From Spirochaetia bacterium (GTDB lineage Bacteria > Spirochaetota > Spirochaetia > SP-2023): 64,000 nt of DNA. The stretch covers positions 1,632,001 through 1,696,000 of the forward strand of contig CBDDCK010000005.1 of the NCBI GenBank assembly GCA_965225855.1. The letters are read 5' to 3'. The position numbers and the translations under genes were made by a program. The notes beneath the pieces are model-generated. The model was not told the DNA's origin. It ran no database searches and saw only the letters and a list, made by a program, of their open reading frames with translations. Of this stretch, positions 56,473 through 64,000 are shown piece after piece. How positions within the stretch are numbered: position 1 is the first letter of the stretch; every line of letters begins with the position of its first letter.

Positions 56473-59364
56473 CTAATGCAATGCCCCCCAAGATTCTGTG
56501 CTCCATTCACCGTTGACTTTTAGGGGGACTTCTAAGCTATAAGCATTTTCCATTACGTCTAGTACCAATGTCTGCAGCCTGTCTTTTTCTTCTAGGGGCA
56601 CTTCAAAAATTAATTCATCATGTACTTGTAGCAATAATTGGCTTTGCCAGCCTAGCAGTTCTTTGTCCAGCATAATCATGGCTTGTTTTACAATATCGGC
56701 GGCACTGCCCTGTATTAGAGTATTGACGGCCATACGCTCACCGTGGTTGCGTTCGTTTTTGTTGTTGCTGCGTAATTGCCGGATTTTGCGCCGCCGGCCA
56801 GCTAAGGTTTGAACAAAGCCTTGCTCCATAGCTTTTTCCACAGTTTGGGCTATAAAGCTTTTGACCCCGGAAAATTCACGAAAATAGGCTTCGATAAAAT
56901 TTTGGGCATCATAGCGAGTTAGGCCCAAATCTTGCGATAGGCGAAAAGCAGACATGCCGTAGATTACGCCAAAATTGATACTTTTGGCTATGCGGCGTTG
57001 TTCGGAGGTAACTTTTTCTGGCGGCAGATTGAATAACTGGCTAGCTGTTTGTTGGTGAATATCGCGGGTGGAATGGAATGCATGGCACAAACCAAGGTCG
57101 GTCGAAAAGTGAGCTAGAACGACTAATTCGATTTGCGAATAATCGGCAGAGAAAAAGCCCCAGCCGGGTTGGGGTTGGAAGGCACTGCGGATACGGCGGC
57201 CTTCGGTATCTTTGATGGGAATATTTTGCAAGTTTGGGTCTTTACAAGAAAGCCTGCCCGTCTCCGTACCAATCAGCGAAAAATGGGTGTGGATGCGTTG
57301 GGTTTGTGGCAGAATCATATCGGGTAGGGATTTTACATACGTTGAGTGCAATTTATGCAATCGGCGATATTCTAATAGCGAGGCGATTACGGGGTGGAAA
57401 TGCAGCAGTTTTTCCAAAATGGAGTTATCCGTTGAATAACCGGTTTTGGTCTTTTTCCCCGCAGGTAATTTGAGTTTATCAAATAAAATGGTGGCTAGTT
57501 GTTGAGGCGAGTTTAGGTTGAAATTTTCTGTTGTGAGAGTGTATACTTTATTTTCCAAACGCTTTAATTCGTCTTTTAATTCTGTAGCATAATCTTCTAG
57601 TTTGCTGCGTTTGCAGCCAATGCCTCGCAGTTCCATTTCAGCTAAGATGTGCACTAGCGGCATTTCTAATTGGAAAAATAGGGTTTCTAAGCCTTGTTGG
57701 TTTAGCATGGGGGCAAAGGCTTCATACAACTGCCAAGTAATATCTGCATCTTGGGCTGCATATTGGACGGCTTGCTCTAGCACTACATCGGCAAAAGTTT
57801 TTTGTTCTTGGCCTTTTTTGGCTTTTGGCACTAATTCTTGAAAATGGATGGGCTTTATATTTAAATAGCGCAATGCCAAAGTGTCCATGCTAACTGGGTG
57901 CAAACTATCCAGCAGCCAAGCGGCAATCATGGTGTCAAAATAAATATTAGGGATTTTAAGCCCCCACTGGGCAAGCACTTTATAGTCAAATTTAAAATTC
58001 TGGCCAACAATTCGGACGTCTGGCCCTAAATATTTGGCTAGGGTTTGGCGTACTATCTCACTGCTGAGTAAAGGAAAATTTCCGGGTTGGTTCGCTTTGA
58101 TGGGAATATAACAGGCATGATTTTTACTGGTTGCCAGAGATATGCCCACTAGGGCATCACTTAGTTCGTTTAAGCCTTCGGTTTCAGTATCCATAGCAAC
58201 GATTTTTTGCTTAGCAATTTGCTTGCACCATTGGTTTAATTGTTCTTCGCTGCAAATGCATTGGTAATTTTGTAGCACTGCTTTGGGTGTTTGCTCCGAG
58301 CGGGGGCTTGAACTATGATTTTTATTCTCTGGTTCTAATTTTGCCTTTAGCATTGGCGGGGTCAATGCCCATCTTTGGCGGGATAAAAGATCGTTGCCAT
58401 AATTTGCTTGGTTTGCTATTTTTTGATTTTCTGCTTTATTTTCTGTACTACCGCCAAATTCTTTAGAAAGTTTGTCTAAACCCAGATGGGCAAGGAAGTT
58501 TGCAAATTCTACATTGCTTTGGCTGTAAGCACTAACAGGTATTTCAAATTGTTGCCACAATTGCGGCCAATTTGGCCACGAGACTTGCAGTAATTCTGGC
58601 ACCTGCTCAGCTAGGCCAACTAATTCATAACTCAAAAAGGCGTTGTCTTTGGACTCTACCAGTTTTTTACGCAAACTTTCGGGTTTGATCGATTCAATAT
58701 GCTCATAAATATTTTGGAGGTTTTGGTAGTCTGTTAGCAGCTTGGCGGCGCCCTTTGGACCAATGCCTTTGACCCCGGCTACATTATCCGAGCTATCGCC
58801 AACTAAGGCCAAGTAGTCGCGGATTTGCTGGGGCTGCACCTGCCATTTTTCTACGACATAGTCTTTTTTATGTATTGCAATTTGGCCTTTATTTAGTTCG
58901 AGAATATGCACATGCTCGTCAACTAATTGATATAAATCTTTATCTCTGGTAACGATATAGCAATTTTTGCCTTCCGAGCTAGCGCGTTTTGCCAATGTTG
59001 CAATTAAATCATCGGCTTCATAGCCAGAGCTTTTATAAGTGGGAAGACCCCATTTTTCTAGCAATTCATCTAGGTAAGCAAGCTGTGCAATTAAATCTTC
59101 GGGAGCTTGGTCGCGGTTGGCTTTATATTCTGGATAAATTTGGTGGCGGAAAGTTGGGCCAGGGCTATCGAGAATCATGGCCATATGGGGAGCTTGGTTT
59201 TGTTGTTGGGCATGGCGCAATATTTGTTGTACTTGTTTTATAAAACCAAGCAAGGCCGAGACATTTTCACCACGCATATTGGTTAGTGGGCTGCGAATCA
59301 TTGCATAGTAGTTTTTAAAAATAATAGCAAAACTATCTATTAAGTATAGGGGAGCTTGGCCCAT
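56473..59364 (-). CDS. polA: DNA polymerase I
   Basis: 5'-3' exonuclease (YKANR, EADD, GDSSDN), 3'-5' exonuclease (DTETE), polymerase (TGRLSC, ADYSQIEL, AKSINFGVIYG, QVHDE). Confidence 0.98.
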   Translation of the reverse strand: MGQAPLYLIDSFAIIFKNYYAMIRSPLTNMRGENVSALLGFIKQVQQILRHAQQQNQAPHMAMILDSPGPTFRHQIYPEYKANRDQAPEDLIAQLAYLDELLEKWGLPTYKSSGYEADDLIATLAKRASSEGKNCYIVTRDKDLYQLVDEHVHILELNKGQIAIHKKDYVVEKWQVQPQQIRDYLALVGDSSDNVAGVKGIGPKGAAKLLTDYQNLQNIYEHIESIKPESLRKKLVESKDNAFLSYELVGLAEQVPELLQVSWPNWPQLWQQFEIPVSAYSQSNVEFANFLAHLGLDKLSKEFGGSTENKAENQKIANQANYGNDLLSRQRWALTPPMLKAKLEPENKNHSSSPRSEQTPKAVLQNYQCICSEEQLNQWCKQIAKQKIVAMDTETEGLNELSDALVGISLATSKNHACYIPIKANQPGNFPLLSSEIVRQTLAKYLGPDVRIVGQNFKFDYKVLAQWGLKIPNIYFDTMIAAWLLDSLHPVSMDTLALRYLNIKPIHFQELVPKAKKGQEQKTFADVVLEQAVQYAAQDADITWQLYEAFAPMLNQQGLETLFFQLEMPLVHILAEMELRGIGCKRSKLEDYATELKDELKRLENKVYTLTTENFNLNSPQQLATILFDKLKLPAGKKTKTGYSTDNSILEKLLHFHPVIASLLEYRRLHKLHSTYVKSLPDMILPQTQRIHTHFSLIGTETGRLSCKDPNLQNIPIKDTEGRRIRSAFQPQPGWGFFSADYSQIELVVLAHFSTDLGLCHAFHSTRDIHQQTASQLFNLPPEKVTSEQRRIAKSINFGVIYGMSAFRLSQDLGLTRYDAQNFIEAYFREFSGVKSFIAQTVEKAMEQGFVQTLAGRRRKIRQLRSNNKNERNHGERMAVNTLIQGSAADIVKQAMIMLDKELLGWQSQLLLQVHDELIFEVPLEEKDRLQTLVLDVMENAYSLEVPLKVNGEWSTESWGALH

Positions 59365-59368
59365 AATT

Positions 59369-59824
59369 CTAGCCTTTCAGGTCAAACATCTGGCCGATAT
59401 TGTGGGCTGTGCTGTAACCTAGAGTTTTTTGGGGTAGGTCTATATTTTGAATTTTTTGGTAGAGTAATTCACATTGTTGTTGCAAGAGTTTACGCAAATA
59501 TTGGTGTGAAACAATAACTTGCTCAAGAAGTTCCTGGGTTCGTTGTTTGCTGCTTTGGGGCCAGTATTGGGCAATTTTTTGGTAGAGTAATACGGTATCT
59601 ACTTGCTCTTCCAAAATTTGACTGTAATGTTCAAATTGATTGTACTCTAATTCGTTAATGTTGTGGAGGAATTGGATATATTGGGCTAAATACTGTGAGA
59701 TTGCCTTGAGCTTTCCTATATGCTGTTCCATTTGCGCTAGTTCTTGTTGCTGCGCAATTTCTCTCATCATATTTTTAACTTTGGGGGTGCTACTTGTGTT
59801 GGAAAATGTTTCATCAATTTGCAA
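59369..59824 (-). CDS. Hypothetical helical protein, possibly an FlgN-like chaperone
   Basis: About 150-aa helical Q/L-rich protein ending Y...GQMFDLKG. Confidence 0.4.
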   Translation of the reverse strand: MQIDETFSNTSSTPKVKNMMREIAQQQELAQMEQHIGKLKAISQYLAQYIQFLHNINELEYNQFEHYSQILEEQVDTVLLYQKIAQYWPQSSKQRTQELLEQVIVSHQYLRKLLQQQCELLYQKIQNIDLPQKTLGYSTAHNIGQMFDLKG

Positions 59825-60047
59825 ACAAGCATTGTAATTGTTATTGGATAAAAATTGAATAGTCCTATATGATTTTTATATTTTTGTGGTTGATTTTGGG
59901 TGAAACTACCTGAAATTAGGTTAAGCATTATAATGCTTAAAGTTTTCGCTTAAAGTTTTCTGCCTGTTTAAAATATCTGTGGATACTTGTTTACCGATCG
60001 GTGGGTGTCGGGCCTTTACCATTATGGCCTGACACTACCAAACCATT

Positions 60048-60590
60048 CTAAATCACTTTGCTGGACTTGGCTTTGATGCTTTGAGATATTGTGGTTATCT
60101 CCCGGATAATCAAATATTCTACGGCAACCCCGGCTTGTTTTAATTGGGGAAGCAGAGCCTTAGTCCAGGCGATATGCACCGACTTATCGCTGTTTGGGTG
60201 GTGAATACGTAGAGGCACGTCCAGCCAACCAAGCTGGGCTGCCTGATTATAGCTGGGAGCAGTACTAAAACCAAGATAACCGATGCCATCGCGCAATTGG
60301 GAAACAACCGTCTCCTTACTATTTGCGGCGATAGCGGGTGCCATAAAATATAGCGTGTTCTGTTGTTGTAGCTGACATAGGCTGCCCAGAGCGAAGCCTC
60401 ACGAAACTGTTGAGGTGCAATTTGTAACATGCGTAAAGCTAATTCCCCACCCATACCCATGGAGTCCCATAATAAAAATACAATCAAAGCGATAGGTTTG
60501 ATTATTTATAGAAGGAGATACCCCAAATTTTTTTAAAGAAGCCAGTAAACTCATCGTATCTTCCAGATATTGAATCTGTTGGAATGGACT
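60048..60590 (-). pseudogene. Frameshifted, 5'-truncated alpha/beta hydrolase (S9-like)
   Basis: Three frames give QYLEDTMSLLASLKK...IFIMG / (HS)MGGELALRML...SLWAAYVS / VPLRIHHPNSDKSVHIAWTKALLPQLKQAGVAVEY. Confidence 0.7.
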
Positions 60591-60592
60591 AG

Positions 60593-60822
60593 GCCGATCA
60601 ATAGATTGATCGAATGCGGAAAGTTATATTATAGCAAGTTGGATCAAGACCTTGATCGAGTGCGGAAAGTTATATTATAGCAAGTGGGATCAAAGCCTTG
60701 ATCCAAGGCGGAAAGTTATATTATAGCAAGTGGGATCAAAGCCTTGATCCAAGGCGGAAAGTTATATTATAGCAAGTGGGATCAAGACCTTGATCCAAGG
60801 CGGAAAGCTATATTATAGCAAG
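60593..60822 (-). repeat. 46-bp palindromic tandem array (5 units), inverted homolog of 47698-47920
   Basis: Plus-strand units at 60593, 60639, 60685, 60731, 60777: (t/g)GGATCAA-N4-TTGATC(C/G)...gcggaaagttatattatagcaag. Confidence 0.97.
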
Positions 60823-60836
60823 GCACTAACAACCAT

Positions 60837-60868
60837 AAAAAAGCCAGCCATATAGATAAAGCTGGCTT
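60837..60868 (-). terminator. Terminator of the HU/DUF4469 gene
   Basis: Reverse complement of 47651-47683. Confidence 0.8.
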
Positions 60869-60892
60869 GATATAATATAGCTTTATAGCCTA

Positions 60893-61618
60893 TTACGTTA
60901 CGTTAAATTGTAGTGAAAGTAAGGCTTGCTTTTCTTTGGTAGATTGGATGCTTCCAGAGTAATAGGTCTTTAAGATAACGCTATATTCGCCCGCTGCAAT
61001 ATCGGGAAAGATAAATTGAAGTTCCTTAGGTAGATTGGTAGAAAAGCTGTTTATTAAGACTGTATTGCCAGTAGTTACGTGGCTTAGCTCCAGCCCTGCG
61101 TTGGTGCCGGCTACTTTTAGATTTTCTCCATTTAATATAATCAGTTGGTTTTGTTGTACCGCTAGCTTTTTGTTATCATTCCAGTTGGTATTGGTGCTAA
61201 AGTTCTTGGCATTGGTAAGGCTGGCATTAAACTTAGGCTTAGGTTCAGCGTTGACCTTAACGGCTTGTGCATAGTCTTGCCAATCGCGTTCTAATCGGGC
61301 ATGAATATTTACTTCGTTGCGTCCTTTTTTAAAGGTATCATTCAAGCTATCAAAACTGCCGGTAATAGAAAAATAGGTTTCAAAAAAGCCGTTGCTATGG
61401 GCTTGGCCTTTGGCGGTAAGTTCCTTGCCAACCTTTTTTATGCGGCTACTTAAAGCAATAAAGCTGGCTTTTTCTTCCTCGCTAAAATTGGCTTGCTCCA
61501 TAATGTCTTCTAAACTTTGGTATACCACCTCGCCGGGGCGCGCATAAAAGCTATCACGCCCTCCTATTTTGCTTGGGGCGATATAAACATTCAAAATATC
61601 ATCGCTAATTTTGGGCAT
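60893..61618 (-). CDS. HU-like DNA-binding domain plus DUF4469 Ig-like domain protein
   Basis: G...NGFFETYFSITGSFDSLNDTF...; GENLKVAG; NLPKELQFIFP...GEYSV...TYYSG; AGGAG RBS before ATG 61618. Confidence 0.8.
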   Translation of the reverse strand: MPKISDDILNVYIAPSKIGGRDSFYARPGEVVYQSLEDIMEQANFSEEEKASFIALSSRIKKVGKELTAKGQAHSNGFFETYFSITGSFDSLNDTFKKGRNEVNIHARLERDWQDYAQAVKVNAEPKPKFNASLTNAKNFSTNTNWNDNKKLAVQQNQLIILNGENLKVAGTNAGLELSHVTTGNTVLINSFSTNLPKELQFIFPDIAAGEYSVILKTYYSGSIQSTKEKQALLSLQFNVT

Positions 61619-61974
61619 TGGCTGGCTCCTATACCATAAAGTTGTAGATGTTGCTGCCATATTATGGCTAGCTATATTATGGCTATTGGGGCAGCGAATG
61701 GCAACCGTTTATCGCTTAAAACCGAATATAATGCAAGTTTCTATTATTTGTAATTGGTACATCAAGCCAATATAGCCAAAGCTATTGATCATTGCATGGA
61801 AACAACCAAAGGCTGAAACAGCCAAAGGCCCAAATACAAACAAAGGCCAACACCCTCAAGCCTTTTGATTGGCATGGATTTTGAACCACCTTACAACACA
61901 AAACAACACTAACACACAAAAAAAGTGCCAACACTAAACAACACTAAACATAAAAAAACTTGTAAAAAAGCTTA

Positions 61975-62072
61975 TATGGGCCTTGACGCAACACCCCCCC
62001 TAGCAAAATGGGGATTTACAGACTAGCCCGTATGGGTTAGCCAATCTTTATCCCTTGTTGGAGGTATTGCTT
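61975..62072 (+). promoter_or_regulatory. Conserved promoter/leader of paralog 3 with C7 tract
   Basis: ttgacgcaacaccccccctagcaaaatggggatttacagactagcccgtatgggttagcc...ggagg. Confidence 0.6.
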
Positions 62073-63980
62073 ATGTATAAGCTCAAACTATTTTTATGGC
62101 CTGTAGCACTGCTACTGGCCTTTATGGCCTTGGCCTGCGCCCCACCCGATGACGATGATGGGCCATCTTCTGGGCCGACTATCAATAACGCCATCTACGA
62201 CTTTGCTACGGCACTGTTAACCGTACAAGGCACTAACTTAAGTCCTACAGAAGCGCAAATCCAAACCATCGTGGTAGATGGCCTAGCCTTCAGTTCCTAT
62301 TCTGCAGATGCTAAACCCACTGGGCCAGATAGTAGCGGTCTTGCAGAAGGTAAGTACCGCCTGAAAACCGATGGCACAGAGCTTTGGCTTAGACTTACCG
62401 ATGACGATAAAACTACTCTTGAGTCCAAGGTGGGTAGCAATGGTCTAAAAAAAGGGTTGCTTACTAGCACTGGTAGTTGGGCGGGTTTAGATACAGCCAA
62501 AGACTTAACCTATATACCCGATAAGCCATCTAAGCAAGCCGAACAAACCGAACAAGCTGAAGAAGAGTCGCCTAAGCAACCTAAAGACGAACAAGCCGAA
62601 CAAACCGAACAAGCTGAACAAGCCGAACAAGCCGAACAGCAGTCGCCTAAGCAAGCTGAACAAGCCGAACAGCAGTCGCCTAAGCAAGCTGAACAAGCCG
62701 AACAGCAGTCGCCTAAGCAAGCTGAACAAGCCGAACAGCAGTCGCCTAAGCAAGCTGAACAAGCCGAACAGCAGTCGCCTAAGCAAGCTGAACAAGCCGA
62801 ACAAGAGTCGCCTAAGCAAGCCGAACAAGCTGAACAAGCCGAACAAGCTGAACAAGCTGAACAAGCCGCAATTACCGGTGCAAGCTACCATGTTGGCACG
62901 GCGCTGTTAACTTTACAAGGTTCTAACTTAAGTCCTACAACTGCGACCCAAGCCCAAATCCAAACTATCAGGGTAGCTGGCTTAGCCTTCAGTGCCTATA
63001 ATGCAGATGGCACAGCCACTGGGCCAGATAGTCGTGGTCTTGCAAAAGGTAAGTACCGTATGAAAAGCGATGGCACAGCGCTTTGGCTTTACCTTACCGA
63101 TGACGATAAAGATGCTCTGAATGGCAAGACAGGTATGGATAGCAATGGTCTAAAAGATGGGTTGCTTACTAGCACTGGTGCTTGGGCGGGTTTAGATACA
63201 GCCAAAGCCTTGGCCGTTAGTGGAAACCCCGCACCCACAATTACCAGTGCAACCTACAATGTTGCTACAGGCGTGTTAGTGATTACAGGTGTCAATTTAC
63301 CGTCAACAGTGAATCGCTGGGACTTCAGCAAATTGAGGTTTGTTGCAGGTAATGGTGAGAAGAGTCAACCATTAACACGGCACAGCCCAAAAAGAACTGA
63401 CCACTTCGCCAAAGGTTCTAATGCAAGTGCAACAAGCTTAACGATTACTTTAAATGGTAGTCAAAAAGCCAAAGCCGATAAGATATTGGTTAAGAATGGT
63501 CTTCGTGATGATAATGGTGGATACAACCTGGAAGCAGCAGCAGGATTTGCAGGTGGTAACGCTGAAGACACAAGCAATAACCCTATTACCGTTAGTGGGT
63601 ATGTAGTCACAATCAATGATGCATTCTACTCTGCTAATAAAGGCCGGTTAATTATTTCTGGTACTAATTTACCGACAACAGTTGCAGACTGGGACTTTAG
63701 CAAATTGACGCTTGTATCCGGTGATGGTAGTAATAGCTACACATTACCACGGCACGCAACTGCAGGTGCAAACACAGCCACAGGTTCTAGTGCAAATAAA
63801 ATCAGCTTAATTATTTTTTTAAGCGGTACTGTAAAAGCCAAAGCCGATGCTATACTGGTTAAGAATGGTAAAAGTGATAATGCTGGTGCATACAACCTTA
63901 AAGCAGCAGCAGGATTTGCAACGGGTAGCGAAGCAGACCCAACCAATCCTATTGAAGTTGCAGGAGTTGGTAGTAAGTAG
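62073..63980 (+). CDS. Modular Ig-like-repeat surface lipoprotein, paralog 3 (A-long VNTR linker-A-B-B)
   Basis: Lipobox FMALAC; same A and B domains as paralogs 1 and 2. Confidence 0.88.
   Translation: MYKLKLFLWPVALLLAFMALACAPPDDDDGPSSGPTINNAIYDFATALLTVQGTNLSPTEAQIQTIVVDGLAFSSYSADAKPTGPDSSGLAEGKYRLKTDGTELWLRLTDDDKTTLESKVGSNGLKKGLLTSTGSWAGLDTAKDLTYIPDKPSKQAEQTEQAEEESPKQPKDEQAEQTEQAEQAEQAEQQSPKQAEQAEQQSPKQAEQAEQQSPKQAEQAEQQSPKQAEQAEQQSPKQAEQAEQESPKQAEQAEQAEQAEQAEQAAITGASYHVGTALLTLQGSNLSPTTATQAQIQTIRVAGLAFSAYNADGTATGPDSRGLAKGKYRMKSDGTALWLYLTDDDKDALNGKTGMDSNGLKDGLLTSTGAWAGLDTAKALAVSGNPAPTITSATYNVATGVLVITGVNLPSTVNRWDFSKLRFVAGNGEKSQPLTRHSPKRTDHFAKGSNASATSLTITLNGSQKAKADKILVKNGLRDDNGGYNLEAAAGFAGGNAEDTSNNPITVSGYVVTINDAFYSANKGRLIISGTNLPTTVADWDFSKLTLVSGDGSNSYTLPRHATAGANTATGSSANKISLIIFLSGTVKAKADAILVKNGKSDNAGAYNLKAAAGFATGSEADPTNPIEVAGVGSK
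62634..62831 (+). repeat. In-frame 33-bp VNTR (EQQSPKQAEQA, 5 exact copies plus 1 variant) flanked by 9-bp EQA repeats
   Basis: gaacagcagtcgcctaagcaagctgaacaagcc at 62634, 62667, 62700, 62733, 62766. Confidence 0.95.
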
Positions 63981-64000
63981 GGTTTTGTTTAACTGCGCTT

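Noticed and set aside
60593..61618. Type III toxin-antitoxin locus (repeat array + terminator + gene)
   Set aside because: The array lies downstream of the gene and its terminator rather than upstream, and the protein resembles HU/DUF4469, not ToxN, CptN or TenpN.
62505..62891. Minus-strand ORF with LFGLFSLLRR repeats
   Set aside because: Antisense shadow of the lipoprotein VNTR.

Overview
64 kb of a low-to-moderate GC bacterial chromosome, most likely a spirochaete. This is inferred from a PyrB-PyrI fusion, a SpiroCoCo-like coiled-coil protein, M23-bactofilin-YaaR synteny and spirochaete-type lipoboxes. The housekeeping backbone includes tsaD, lolCDE, pyrBI-pyrE-pyrF, msmK, an XPB helicase with its partner, traB, trxB, a sugar ABC operon, rnfA/rnfB, trmB, murG and polA. 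Two paralog expansions interrupt it. (1) Six tandem kexin/furin-like S8 protease lipoproteins plus a remnant of a seventh (17.4-27.3 kb). (2) Three dispersed cassettes (about 8.0-10.9, 44.5-47.9 and 60.6-64.0 kb), each built around a modular Ig-like-repeat lipoprotein. The three lipoprotein genes share a conserved C7-tract promoter and hairpin leader. Each has a divergent slot holding an HU/DUF4469 gene, a remnant of that gene, or an hsdS remnant. Non-coding palindromic tandem arrays lie at the cassette edges. These arrays belong to three sequence-unrelated families, yet all have a 23/46-bp period. Two of the cassettes are inverted copies bracketing about 12.7 kb. The cassette/array system is the best candidate for something undescribed. 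There is also an in-frame MTase-HNH fusion. I found no rRNA, tRNA or CRISPR. All family calls come from motif recognition by eye, not from database searches.
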